A stretch of 64,000 bases of DNA from Pseudomonadota bacterium (GCA_018242255.1 JAFECH010000345.1:45799-109798); one strand, 5' to 3'. Shown: positions 28,368 to 39,360, counted from the first letter of the stretch. A program made the numbers and translations. The notes: generated from the sequence alone by a model not told the origin.

Positions 28368-28994
28368 ATGAGAATTCTGGTTGCTGCGGCATGTGCATCT
28401 CTCGCCTTTTGGACCGGCGGCGCCCGCGCACAGACTGTTAATAGTGCAATAACACAGGCAAGTCCGTTCGACGGCTTCAAGGTGGGCGGAACGGTGGACC
28501 ACCGTCGCCACGAAGCGAAATTCGATGCGCCGACCACCCAGCAGCGCGTCGACGATCAGGCCGGGGGCTCTGGCTATCGGGGCTTCATCGGCGTGGACAA
28601 GGTCATCGGCAATGGCTTCGTCGTCGGTGCAGAAGCAGGCATCGGCAACGGCGGCAACAACATCAAGGGCAGCGGAACTGCCGGCAACTACACCCTCGAC
28701 CCGCAATTGAGCTGGGACTTGTCGGGCCGCGTTGGCGTGACGCCTTCACGCAGGGTCCTTATCTATGGCCGCGCCGGCTATAACTGGTTGCGGACCCATG
28801 AAACGCTCGCCAACGTTTCCGCGGGCCAATCCCCCCTCGATCGTAACGAAATACGCGGTGGCTTCCTGTGGGGCGTGGGTGCGGAGTTTTCTCTCACCGA
28901 CAACTTTGCTCTTCGTACCGAATTCAACCAGACCGACTTCGACAGCGGCCTGAAAGCCGCCCGATTGCAGGTCGGCGGCGCTGTTCGTTTCTGA
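28368..28994 (+). CDS. Outer-membrane beta-barrel protein (Omp25/RopB-like)
   Basis: Signal peptide ending ARA; SPFDGFKVG, GFVVGAEAG, GRVGV, YGRAGY, GVGAEF, LRTEFNQTDF, C-terminal VRF. Confidence 0.88.
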   Translation: MRILVAAACASLAFWTGGARAQTVNSAITQASPFDGFKVGGTVDHRRHEAKFDAPTTQQRVDDQAGGSGYRGFIGVDKVIGNGFVVGAEAGIGNGGNNIKGSGTAGNYTLDPQLSWDLSGRVGVTPSRRVLIYGRAGYNWLRTHETLANVSAGQSPLDRNEIRGGFLWGVGAEFSLTDNFALRTEFNQTDFDSGLKAARLQVGGAVRF

Positions 28995-29041
28995 GTTCCG
29001 AACTTTGGCCAGCCTCGTTGTAAGAGAACATGGGAAGCGTC

Positions 29042-29431
29042 ATGTCGAATATGAAACTTCTAGCTGCGGGATTTCTTCTTGCTTTCTCCCTGGGGCTGGC
29101 AGGTTGTGCCACCGATATCATGCGGGGATATATGGGGCGCACGCCCCAGGCTATGATGGCCCGTTACGGTCCGCCTGCCCATGTCTTTGACATGCCCGAC
29201 GGACGCCGCGCCTATCAATGGCTCGAAACCTCTGAATCGACTTCGGCTGGCTCCGAGGAAAGCCATACGCGCTGGGTAGAGCGGCATGGACGTCGGGAGA
29301 AGATAACAACCACCCAGATCAACCCGCCGGTCAATCAGACCAAGAGGTGCTTCTATACGATGTATGCGCATCGTGACCTCGACGGCGGTTATATTTTTGA
29401 CAGCTTCGAAAAGCCGGAATTTGGATGCTGA
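29042..29431 (+). CDS. Hypothetical lipoprotein
   Basis: Lipobox LAGC after a hydrophobic stretch. Confidence 0.7.
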   Translation: MSNMKLLAAGFLLAFSLGLAGCATDIMRGYMGRTPQAMMARYGPPAHVFDMPDGRRAYQWLETSESTSAGSEESHTRWVERHGRREKITTTQINPPVNQTKRCFYTMYAHRDLDGGYIFDSFEKPEFGC

Positions 29432-29898
29432 AGCGGCACCCCAAGCGCTTGCCGCTGGATCTCGAAATTCGAAGCCGCGCTTTACCGCTGCTGACTTCCT
29501 TTGTGGTCCATAAGCGCTGGCATCCTTCTTCTTTCGTCGTGGGGCTAACACCGTCACTAGTGACAGCGCTAGCACCAGTACGATTGCAGAGGAATGGTGA
29601 GGCCGCTAGGCGGCCTTCTCGACCGGGCGCTCTGACTCCCGGAAAGCCGGAGACGCAGAAAAGCGCGTCTCCGGCTTCGTGCCTTTCCGTCTTTCGCAAG
29701 ACGCTGAGTGCCGAGAACTTTAAGCCGACGCGGCGCGTCCTCAAATAATGCCAGCAATATAATGAAGTAGCCCGCCTTTCTGCGGTGGCTTTAAGCGATG
29801 GAGCTGCACCATTTCCGGTCGCAGTAATCCGATCGAGCTGCCAGGTGAAAGCACCAAGCAAATCGAAGGCTTGAAAGGGTAAGACGCCGGGTGGCGTC

Positions 29899-30129
29899 GT
29901 GGCCGTTGACCTGCCGGAGCGCCTTCCTGTGGCGTCGGAAGAGATCGCCATTCTCCGTGCCTTTCTGGCGCAGGAGATCGACTCGATACTTTTTCCAGCC
30001 GACGCGAAACCCTGGGTCAGATGGCGGAAATGTGGGCGGTACGCGCTAGTGGAACGAAAGGAAGTATTTTCGTGCGGAAGGGGAAACTGTCCGACCAGCA
30101 GCGCCGCTACGGACGGATTTCAGCACTAA
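29899..30129 (+). CDS. Small hypothetical protein resembling ORFs found next to serine recombinases in alphaproteobacterial integrative elements
   Basis: DLPERLPVASEEIAILRAFLAQEIDSILF recalls such ORFs; resemblance from memory, not verified. Confidence 0.3.
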   Translation: MAVDLPERLPVASEEIAILRAFLAQEIDSILFPADAKPWVRWRKCGRYALVERKEVFSCGRGNCPTSSAATDGFQH

Positions 30130-30176
30130 TTTATGAGTGCACGATCCAGATGACGATGATGGGCGTATCGAGCCGC

Positions 30177-30677
30177 TTAGTCGCTGCCCGGCTCGGGCTC
30201 ATCATCGGGGTCGGGGTGGTCATCATCCCAGTTGTCGCGCCAACCAGGCGGATCGCCATCGTTCTCCCAGTTATATTCATTCCAGCGCTCCATCTCGCCG
30301 TAGAATCCATAGTCATGATAGTAGTCATGCCAGTAGCTACTGAGATTGAACGTTACTAAGGGAATTTCCGCCCGCGCAGCGTAGGCAGGGACGTAAACGC
30401 GGCGCGCTTCGTGGACGAACTGAATATGAGCTCCCGACGCCCAGCCGCGAACACCAGATGCGCTCACATCGCACCAAGTATAGCGTGACACACATCCGTG
30501 AATTGTCATCGAAGATCCGGCAGCCAACCTCCCGACTGCCGGAAATCGAACACTCGGTCCGGAACGGATATTGAGATTCACGCTGGAATACCCGACATTG
30601 GTTCGAGCATAGCCTTTGCCCGCAAAAGCGATCAGGAGGAGCAGCATGGCCGTGTAGATAAGGGGGCGATTCTTCAT
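30177..30677 (-). CDS. SH3-domain (SH3b) secreted protein with acidic tail
   Basis: Signal peptide; VNLNIRSGPSVRFPAVG, GCVSRYTWCDV, GVRGWASG; D/P-rich C-terminus. Confidence 0.85.
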   Translation of the reverse strand: MKNRPLIYTAMLLLLIAFAGKGYARTNVGYSSVNLNIRSGPSVRFPAVGRLAAGSSMTIHGCVSRYTWCDVSASGVRGWASGAHIQFVHEARRVYVPAYAARAEIPLVTFNLSSYWHDYYHDYGFYGEMERWNEYNWENDGDPPGWRDNWDDDHPDPDDEPEPGSD

Positions 30678-30979
30678 GGTCTCTCCAGTCAAAAGCATCG
30701 AAGCGGCGCGCCAGACGGCGTTACGGCCAACGCACCGTTTCTCTCTCCGATTATTACTTCCCGGCTGTTGACGCAGGGGCGACGCGAGGTCGAGATTTCG
30801 TGGACGATTTCACACTGAAACTCCGATTGAGAAGAAATCTCAGGCGATGAAACGCGCCTTCACATCTCGACGTGAGGCTATCGCGTGACTCGCGTCCATA
30901 CTTCACTTCTGCACAACGGACCGTCGCACCCCCGTACTTCCAATCCCCGTCAGAAATGGTTGGGAATGCGCAGACAACA

Positions 30980-31385
30980 GGCAAGACTCGAGCCTTGCGC
31001 AACGACTACGGCGAGCCAGTCGAGGAATTCGAAATCCAGTTTATCGATGGTGAAAGCATCGACGCCGCTCTCGCGAAGGCGTGGGGACTTAGTCAGTGCG
31101 ATCTCGCGCGCTTCTTGGAAGTGACGCAAGACTGGTCGGACGAAGAGAAGCGATGCTTTATCATCGCTGTCGGCGAATGCGGCTACGATTTCGATCCGGC
31201 GAACGTCGATCCCGGCGATTTCGAAGTCGATATTTATGAGACCGACTCGCTGCGCGATCTCGCCGAAATGTTCGTGGACGAAGGTCTGTATGGGGAAATC
31301 CCGTGTCACCTTGCCAACTACATTGATTATGACGCCATCGCCCGCGATCTGGCCGTGGATTTTAGCGAAACAGAAATCGCCGGAG
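30980..31385 (+). pseudogene. ardA: Truncated antirestriction protein ArdA
   Basis: LRNDYGEPVEEFEIQFIDG...FVDEGLYGEIPCHLANYIDYDAIARDLAVDFSETEIAG is a typical ArdA core. The N-terminus and last residues are missing; boundaries approximate. Confidence 0.85.
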
Positions 31386-32089
<704 letters not shown>

Positions 32090-32160
32090 TGATAGCTCAT
32101 TCGAAGGTCGGCCGCAAACGCCATGCGACCTGATCCAATCCGAAGAACGGCGATCCGGAG

Positions 32161-32189
32161 AAAATTAAGGTGAGGCGGGACGCCTCACC
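32161..32189 (-). terminator. Intrinsic terminator of the 32266-32583 gene
   Basis: GGTGAGGCG-N3-CGCCTCACC 9-bp hairpin followed on the minus strand by TTAATTTT. Confidence 0.6.
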
Positions 32190-32265
32190 GGGCGGCTTGT
32201 AAAACGGCGCGAGCTACAACCACGAAGCTAGGACGCCCAAAAGCCCACACGTGCGTCCCAAGCCC

Positions 32266-32583
32266 TCAATATCGGCAGGGCTTGGCGACAACGACACACT
32301 TAGCGAGAAGGATTGCGCCCTTTTTGCAATCCCATTGCTTGTTCTGTGCGTTGTAAAAGTCGGCGTAGCGTCGGCCATAGAGGCGGGCAACGGTATATCG
32401 CCAATTTTCCCGCGCCTCGATCTGCGCTTTCTGGGTGCCGGCGCCTAGGATGCCCGTCGCAGATGCCGTACCTTCGACGGGCGGTCGGCAACGGGGCAGG
32501 GCGGTGGCGTCGGTGGCCGCAAGGCCGGAAGCCATGGCTCCGGCGGTCAAGGCGATGGCAGTGAGTTTGACGGTCGTGCGCAT
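32266..32583 (-). CDS. Small secreted hypothetical protein with four Cys
   Basis: MRTTVKLTAIALTAGAMASGLAATDATA signal peptide; C...C..C..C pattern. Confidence 0.7.
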   Translation of the reverse strand: MRTTVKLTAIALTAGAMASGLAATDATALPRCRPPVEGTASATGILGAGTQKAQIEARENWRYTVARLYGRRYADFYNAQNKQWDCKKGAILLAKCVVVAKPCRY

Positions 32584-32806
32584 GACAAATACTCTCCCAA
32601 GAGCGACGATTTGCAACTTTGCCGGCCGGCATCTTACATATGGACGGCGGACTTCAGCCATGGGGGCGACGCGCTGTCAACGGAACGTCTGACCCAAGCA
32701 ACAGAATGTTCTGATAGCGTGGGATAATGGCCGCGATTTCACGGCGAAGCGCATATTCCGAGGCAATTCGATAAACGACGCGCAACCGCAACCGGTCGCT
32801 TCCGCC

Positions 32807-35806
32807 ATGGCCAACAGAGAAACAATGCAGCAAACAAAAATTGAATCTGCTTCAGCTTCCGGCGACGCGGAGACCGTTCCAGTCATCAAGGGTAGCCACG
32901 TCTATCTGATCGATGGATCTGGCTACATTTTTCGTGCCTTCCACGCCCTACCGCCGTTGACGCGACCCTCTGACGGTTTGCCGGTCGGCGCCGTCCACGG
33001 CTTTTGTGCCATGCTTTGGAAGCTGCTGCGCGAGACGAAAGTCTCCGAAGCGCCGACGCACTTCGCAGTCATCTTCGATGCCGGCCGCGAGACATTCCGC
33101 AATACTATCTATCCGAAGTACAAGGCGCAGCGACCGCCGCCGCCGGAGGAGCTGCTGCCGCAATTTCCGCTGATCCGCGAAGCTGTCAAAGCCTTCAACG
33201 TCGCCTGCATCGAGCGCGACGGCTACGAGGCCGACGACCTGATCGCAACCTACGCCAAGCTCGCCGTCAACGCGGGAGGCGACGTCACGATCGTCTCGTC
33301 CGACAAGGACTTGATGCAACTCGTGCGCCCTGGCGTCACGATGTTCGACGGCATGAAAGCGAAGCGCATCGGCCGCGACGAGGTGATCGAGAAGTTTGGC
33401 GTTCCGCCTGAGAAAGTCATCGATGTTCAGGCGCTCGCGGGGGATTCGGTCGACAACGTTCCCGGCGTGCCGGGCATCGGCATCAAGACGGCGGCCGAAC
33501 TGATCACGAGTTACGGCGATCTCGATACGCTGCTAGCTCAGGCGTGCGAGATCAAGCAGCCGAAGCGGCGCGAGAAACTCATCGAGTTCGCTGAGCAAGC
33601 GCGCATCTCTCGCCAGCTCGTCTTGCTGAAGGACGATGTTCCGCTCGATACCGTCATCGAAGAGATAGGCGTGCGCGAGCCGCATTCGGATGCACTTCTG
33701 AGCTTCCTGCGCACGATGGAATTCAACACGCTGACGAAGCGCATCGCCGAAGCGCTTGGCACCGAAGCGCCGCCGCCGCTCGCCGTATCCGTCGGCGCGA
33801 GTTTGAAGGCGAAACCGCAAACGCTCTCCGACAAGATCGAAGCTTTGGAAGAAGAAGCCGCGTCGGAGGATTCAACGCCCGCCGCAGCCGTTGCTGCCGG
33901 TAGCGCTCTTGCTCGCGCCGCTGCTGTCGATCGTTCGCGCTATCAGACCGTCACGACCCGCGCGGAGTTGGAAAACTGGATCGCCAAGGCGAAGAGCGCA
34001 GGATATGTCGCATTCGATACCGAAACCTCGCGATTGAGTGCCACCGAAGCAGACCTCGTCGGCTTCTCGCTGTCGGTGACACCAGGAGAGGCTTGCTACG
34101 TACCCGTCGGACATCAATCCGGCGGCGGTGATCTCTTTGGTGATGACAGTCGTCCGCCCCAGCTGGCGGTTTCCGAAGCCGTCGCTCTGATGAAGCCGTT
34201 GCTCGAAGACCCGTCTGTTTTGAAGATCGGCCAGAACATCAAATACGACGTGCTGGTGCTGAAGCGGTATGGCGTCGAAGTTGCGCCGTTCGACGATACG
34301 TTGCTGCTCTCTTACGCGCTCGACGGCGGGCGCGGCCAGCATGGCATGGATGTCCTGTCGGAACGCCACCTCGGCCACACCTGCCTGTCGTTTTCCGAAG
34401 TCATTGACCACGCGCCCGGCGCCAAGAAAGCCGACAAGTCGTTCGCCGGCGTTCCGATTGACAAGGCGACCGAATACGCGGCGGAAGACGCCGACGTCAC
34501 GCTACGGCTCTGGATGGCCCTCAAACCACGTCTTGCCGCAGAACACATGGCGACGGTGTACGAGACGCTGGAACGTCCGCTTGTGCCCGTGATCGTCGCC
34601 ATGGAGCACGCAGGCATTAAGGTCGACCGCGATATTCTCGCACGTCTTTCCAGCACGTTCGCGCAGCGCACCCTGCAGCTTGAGGAAGAGATCTACAGTC
34701 TCGCCGGTCACAAGTTCAATCTCGGCTCGCCCAAGCAACTTGGTGAGCTATTGTTCGATCGACTGAAACTGCCGGGCGGCAAGAAGACGAAGACCGGGCA
34801 ATGGGAGACGCGCGCCAACCTGCTCGATGAACTCGCGGCCAACGAAGACCTTCACGGCGACGCCCGCCGCCTCGTCAATACGATGCTCGAATGGCGGCAA
34901 TTGACGAAGTTAAAGTCGACGTACACTGACGCGCTGCCGACGTACATCAATTCCGAAACCGGTCGCATCCACACGAGCTACGCGCTCGCCTCCACCACGA
35001 CCGGTCGTCTCGCATCGTCCGAGCCGAACCTGCAGAACATTCCGATCCGCACTAAGGAAGGCCGCGAAATCCGCACGGCCTTCATCGCCGACAAAGGCAT
35101 GAAACTCGTCTCGGCCGACTATTCCCAGATCGAATTGCGCGTGCTGGCCCACGTCGCCGACATTCCGCAACTGAAAAAGGCTTTCGCTGACGGCCTCGAC
35201 ATTCACGCTATGACGGCATCTGAGATGTTCGGAGTGCCCGTGAAGGATATGCCAAGCGAAGTCCGCCGCCGTGCCAAGGCGATCAACTTCGGCATCATCT
35301 ACGGCATCTCCGCATTCGGATTGGCGAACCAGCTCAGCATCAGCCGCGAGGAAGCCGGCGACTACATTAAGACCTACTTCCAACGCTTCCCCGGCATTCG
35401 CGATTATATGGATGCAACGAAGAAGCAGGCGCACGCGCACGGCCACGTCGAAACGATTTTCGGACGTCGCATCCATTATCCTGAGATCAACACCAAAAAC
35501 CCGTCGATGCGCGGCTTTCTTGAGCGCGCCGCGATCAACGCGCCGATCCAAGGCTCCGCCGCCGACATCATAAGGCGCGCGATGATCCGCATGCCGGCTG
35601 CTCTGGAAGCGGCAAAGCTGTCATCGGCACGCATGCTGCTGCAGGTCCACGACGAACTCGTCTTCGAGGTTCCGCTAGATCAGGCGGAAACGCTCATCAA
35701 GACCGCACGCCACGTGATGGAGACTGCCGCCGAGCCCGCAATCAAGCTGTCCGTCCCGATCCACGTCGACGCCAAGGCTGCCGACAACTGGGACGAGGCG
35801 CACTAA
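32807..35806 (+). CDS. polA: DNA polymerase I
   Basis: LIDGSGYIFRAFHA 5'-3' exonuclease, FDTET 3'-5' exonuclease, ADYSQIELRVLAH, KAINFGIIYG, LLQVHDELVFE. Confidence 0.99.
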   Translation: MANRETMQQTKIESASASGDAETVPVIKGSHVYLIDGSGYIFRAFHALPPLTRPSDGLPVGAVHGFCAMLWKLLRETKVSEAPTHFAVIFDAGRETFRNTIYPKYKAQRPPPPEELLPQFPLIREAVKAFNVACIERDGYEADDLIATYAKLAVNAGGDVTIVSSDKDLMQLVRPGVTMFDGMKAKRIGRDEVIEKFGVPPEKVIDVQALAGDSVDNVPGVPGIGIKTAAELITSYGDLDTLLAQACEIKQPKRREKLIEFAEQARISRQLVLLKDDVPLDTVIEEIGVREPHSDALLSFLRTMEFNTLTKRIAEALGTEAPPPLAVSVGASLKAKPQTLSDKIEALEEEAASEDSTPAAAVAAGSALARAAAVDRSRYQTVTTRAELENWIAKAKSAGYVAFDTETSRLSATEADLVGFSLSVTPGEACYVPVGHQSGGGDLFGDDSRPPQLAVSEAVALMKPLLEDPSVLKIGQNIKYDVLVLKRYGVEVAPFDDTLLLSYALDGGRGQHGMDVLSERHLGHTCLSFSEVIDHAPGAKKADKSFAGVPIDKATEYAAEDADVTLRLWMALKPRLAAEHMATVYETLERPLVPVIVAMEHAGIKVDRDILARLSSTFAQRTLQLEEEIYSLAGHKFNLGSPKQLGELLFDRLKLPGGKKTKTGQWETRANLLDELAANEDLHGDARRLVNTMLEWRQLTKLKSTYTDALPTYINSETGRIHTSYALASTTTGRLASSEPNLQNIPIRTKEGREIRTAFIADKGMKLVSADYSQIELRVLAHVADIPQLKKAFADGLDIHAMTASEMFGVPVKDMPSEVRRRAKAINFGIIYGISAFGLANQLSISREEAGDYIKTYFQRFPGIRDYMDATKKQAHAHGHVETIFGRRIHYPEINTKNPSMRGFLERAAINAPIQGSAADIIRRAMIRMPAALEAAKLSSARMLLQVHDELVFEVPLDQAETLIKTARHVMETAAEPAIKLSVPIHVDAKAADNWDEAH

Positions 35807-35809
35807 GCG

Positions 35810-36295
35810 CTAATCTCCGTCGCGGGAGGTAAAGTTGTCATCTTCCTGTGAATCGCGCGGCTGGTCGGGTCGAACCCAAAGTCTCGACCCAACAAAATCC
35901 AGCACGAGCACTGCGACGGCCAGAGCGGATGCTGCGACCGCCAATTGCAGTTCTCCCAACCCGCACATCAGGCCGATCGCGGCCGTAAGCCAGATCGCGG
36001 CTGCGGTCGTCAGACCTTTGACGTTCCGGATCTTGTCGCCGCGTTGAAGAATGACGCCGGCACCGAGAAAGCCGATGCCCGTCACGACGCCCTGCGCGAT
36101 ACGGCTGAACGCTGCCGCGTCACCCGTCCGCTCGCCAGCGAGCGTGGCAACGCAGGCACCGAGGCTGACGATGGCCATCGTCCGAAATCCGGTCGGCATG
36201 CGACGCAGATCGCGTTCCAGTCCGATGACGCCGCCACAGAGAACGGCTGCCACCATGCGCCAGACAACCTCGTAGTAGTCGAACGGAGTCGTCAT
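35810..36295 (-). CDS. MgtC/SapB family membrane protein
   Basis: GGVIGLER, TGFRT, VVTGIGFLGAGVIL, GLTTAAAIWLTAAIG. Confidence 0.92.
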   Translation of the reverse strand: MTTPFDYYEVVWRMVAAVLCGGVIGLERDLRRMPTGFRTMAIVSLGACVATLAGERTGDAAAFSRIAQGVVTGIGFLGAGVILQRGDKIRNVKGLTTAAAIWLTAAIGLMCGLGELQLAVAASALAVAVLVLDFVGSRLWVRPDQPRDSQEDDNFTSRDGD

Positions 36296-36348
36296 GAGAA
36301 TCCCATCCCATCAAAGATGAGCGTAGCACGACGTAACGGGCGCCGAAT

Positions 36349-37731
36349 TTATTCGCCGGCAGAAGAAGGCGAATGCTGGCCGTTGACCTCATTTAGCACG
36401 CCGTTGGCCTTTGCGCGCCAATCAGGCGCGACGTCGGGCGTATCTGTTAGTGCGCGATACGGCCTCGGCATCTTCGTGCTCTTGCCGCCTGCTAAACGCT
36501 TGAAGTTGATCGTGCGGATGAACTCGCGAATGCGTGGCTGGATTTCCGTACGCCAACGCGTGCCGTTGAAGACGCCGTAATGGCCGACGCCGGACTGCAC
36601 GTAATGGATTTTTTCGTCGTGCGGAACGCCGGCGCAGAGATCGTGCGCAGCTTCGGTCTGTCCGAGACCGCAAATGTCGTCGCGTTCTCCTTCGACCGTC
36701 ATGATCGCCGTTTTGCGGATCGCAGCGCAATCCACGAGTTCGCCGCGATGCATAAGTCTCTTGTCAGGCAAGAGATGCTCTTGGAACACGATATGGACGG
36801 TCTGGAGATAGAACTCGGCGGTGAGATCCATCACCGACAGATATTCCTCATAGAACGTCTGATGCTGCTTGACGCTGTCGCAGTCACCTTTGACGAGGTT
36901 GTTGAATAGATCGACATGCGCATTCATGTGCCTGTCGAGATTCATCGTCATGAAGCCGGTGAGCTGCATGAAGCCCGGATAGACAGGCCGCATGAAACCG
37001 GCGTGCGGGAATGGCACCGTAGAAATGACGTTATTCTCAAACCACGCAAGCGACTTCTGCGCCGCCAGATCGTTGACCTTAGTCGGATTGCGCCGCGTAT
37101 CGATCGGGCCGCCCATCAGCACGAGTGACGACGGCTGACACTGCTCGTCGCGCGCCGCCATAACGGCCGTTGCAACGAGCGCCGGAACTGCCGGCTGGCA
37201 CACCGCAATCACATGCGTGTTGGTGCCGATGAAGGTCATGAACTCGATCAGGTAATCGACGAAATCGTCGAAGTCGAACTTGCCCGAGGCGAGGGGGACG
37301 TTCCGTGCGTCCGCCCAGTCAGTGATATAGACATCGTGCTCAGGCAGCATCGCTTCGACCGTTCCGCGCAGCAGTGTCGAGTAGTGACCCGACATCGGCG
37401 CGACGATGAGCACTTTCGGATCGTGGCGTTTGCCGATGACGGATTCGTCGCGCTCGAAATGCACGAGATTGCAGAACGGCTTCGAAAGGGCGATTTCTTC
37501 GGTGATCGAGACTTTGAGCCCCGCGAGCTGCACGTGCTTAATGCCGAATTCAGGCTTGCCGTAACGCCGCGTGATGTTCTCAAACACCTCGCAAGCGGCA
37601 ATCATGTTCTTGCCCGCTGCCGTGTACCCCATTGGATTTAGAGGCCATCCCAGCGTCTGGCGCAGAGCCTGAACGCCGAATCGCACCGGGGACATGAACG
37701 CATGGGCCATTTCATAGGCGTAATAGTTCAT
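36349..37731 (-). CDS. phaZ: Intracellular polyhydroxybutyrate depolymerase
   Basis: RRYGKPEFGI, VAPMSGHYSTLLRGT, AVCQP, GGPID, VYPGFMQL, DDICGLGQT, VGHYGVFNG. Start MNYYAYEM (37731). Confidence 0.95.
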   Translation of the reverse strand: MNYYAYEMAHAFMSPVRFGVQALRQTLGWPLNPMGYTAAGKNMIAACEVFENITRRYGKPEFGIKHVQLAGLKVSITEEIALSKPFCNLVHFERDESVIGKRHDPKVLIVAPMSGHYSTLLRGTVEAMLPEHDVYITDWADARNVPLASGKFDFDDFVDYLIEFMTFIGTNTHVIAVCQPAVPALVATAVMAARDEQCQPSSLVLMGGPIDTRRNPTKVNDLAAQKSLAWFENNVISTVPFPHAGFMRPVYPGFMQLTGFMTMNLDRHMNAHVDLFNNLVKGDCDSVKQHQTFYEEYLSVMDLTAEFYLQTVHIVFQEHLLPDKRLMHRGELVDCAAIRKTAIMTVEGERDDICGLGQTEAAHDLCAGVPHDEKIHYVQSGVGHYGVFNGTRWRTEIQPRIREFIRTINFKRLAGGKSTKMPRPYRALTDTPDVAPDWRAKANGVLNEVNGQHSPSSAGE

Positions 37732-37780
37732 ATCGATCCCAACCCTTTGTTTTTTATGGTCTTTGGGGGAATAGACCACG

Positions 37781-37812
37781 CCGCAGTGCAGCGCGTTGTT
37801 GCTGCATTGCAT
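37781..37812. promoter_or_regulatory. Candidate PhaR operators upstream of phaZ
   Basis: CCGC-AGT-GCAG and CTGC-ATT-GCAT resemble the CTGC-N3-GCAG PhaR site. Confidence 0.5.
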
Positions 37813-37998
37813 AAGTATAGAACGATTATACATCGTCACAATCTAGAAATAGTTCATGAGACTAACGATTAAGCACCCCATGCATAAAGGGTACACTCGG
37901 TGGATCACGATTGCGGTGCACCATCGTAAAGACGTGCGCCCTTGATTGATGGTTCCGTTTAAGCAAAGACCGTTCCATCGTCCGTCCCGCGGGGAACA

Positions 37999-39291
37999 AT
38001 GCAAACGCCACATTCTGGGTCGCCGCGGCTGTGGTTGCGCCGTTTCGTTAATGTTGCGCCCGACGAGGTTGCAGCGCTTGTCGCGTCGTTCGCGATGTTT
38101 TTCGCGCTGCTGTCCGCCTATTACGTCATCCGCCCCGTGCGCGACGAAATCGGCGTCGCCCTGGGGAAAGATTCGCTCCACGAACTCTTCACGGTCGTCT
38201 TCTTCGTGATGCTGGCGCTGGTGCCGCTGTTCGGCTACGTCGCCGCGCGCTTTCCGCGCCGCTACGTTCTGCCCGCGATCTACGCGTTCTTCGTGACGAA
38301 CCTCGTCGTCTTCTGGCTGGTGCTTAAAGCGGCGCCGGAAAATCACATCGCGCTAGGCACCTTTTTCGTGTGGGGCAGCGTCTTCAATCTCTTCGTGGTG
38401 TCGCTGTTCTGGAGCTTGATGTCTGAGCTTTGGTCGCACGATGCGGCGAAGCGGCTGTATGGCTTCATTTCCGCTGGTGGCACCGCGGGCGCGCTCGCCG
38501 GTCCCCTGATCACGCAAGGCCTCGTGCGCATTTTTGCACCCGTCGATCTTATGCTCGTTTCGGCGGCGCTGCTGCTGGCAGCAATGATCGCGAGCCTGCT
38601 GTTGCGCCGTATCAAGCCGCCTGAAGCAACCGGCGGCGAAACTGAGCCCGCAGGCGGCGGTATTCTCGATGGCGCCATCAAGGTTTTCACGACGCCGATG
38701 TTCGCACGCATCGCGCTCTTTATTTTCATCGCGAACGTGATCGGCACGTTCTTCTATCTGGAGCAGGCGCGTCTCGTCGCGACGTCGATCCAAGGCAACG
38801 CCGACCGCGTCCTGTTTTTCTCCGGCCGCGATCTTGTCGTCAGCATCGTGACGTTTCTGATCGAGGTGTTTGGTACGGCGCGCATTCTGAAGCGCTTCGG
38901 CGTGACGGCGGCATTGCTGGCGTTGCCGGTGACGGGCGCCTTTGGCGTGCTGATGTTATCGCTGGACGCGGCACTCGGCATCGTCGCCGCCGTCATGGTC
39001 GCCGAACGCATCGTCTCGTTCGCGCTCGCCAACCCAGCAATCAAGCTGATCTACACGCTGGCGACCGCCGACGAGAAATACAAGGTGCAGAATTTCATCG
39101 ACACCGTCGTGTTTCGTGGCGGCGACGCAGCTTCTGGCTGGCTCTATGCACTACTCGGCGGAGGCCTCGGCTTTGCCGGAGGAGCGATGGGCGCCGTCGC
39201 CGTTCCGCTTGCCGCCGCTTGGCTGTGGATCGCGCAACGCCTCGGCGCAGATCACAAAAGACGGGCCTCCGAGATCGTCACTCGCGCCTGA
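37999..39291 (+). CDS. MFS-fold transporter of the NTP/NDP exchanger (TLC/AAA) family
   Basis: YYVIRPVRD, FFVWGSVFNLFVVSLFWS, AKRLYGFISAGG, EKYKVQNFIDTVVFRGGD. Confidence 0.85.
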   Translation: MQTPHSGSPRLWLRRFVNVAPDEVAALVASFAMFFALLSAYYVIRPVRDEIGVALGKDSLHELFTVVFFVMLALVPLFGYVAARFPRRYVLPAIYAFFVTNLVVFWLVLKAAPENHIALGTFFVWGSVFNLFVVSLFWSLMSELWSHDAAKRLYGFISAGGTAGALAGPLITQGLVRIFAPVDLMLVSAALLLAAMIASLLLRRIKPPEATGGETEPAGGGILDGAIKVFTTPMFARIALFIFIANVIGTFFYLEQARLVATSIQGNADRVLFFSGRDLVVSIVTFLIEVFGTARILKRFGVTAALLALPVTGAFGVLMLSLDAALGIVAAVMVAERIVSFALANPAIKLIYTLATADEKYKVQNFIDTVVFRGGDAASGWLYALLGGGLGFAGGAMGAVAVPLAAAWLWIAQRLGADHKRRASEIVTRA

Positions 39292-39360
39292 GCAGCGCTT
39301 CGGGGCCGTCAGAAGGTAGACGCTGCGTCGTCACGAGGACGGTGCAGCCGTTCGTTTTGA

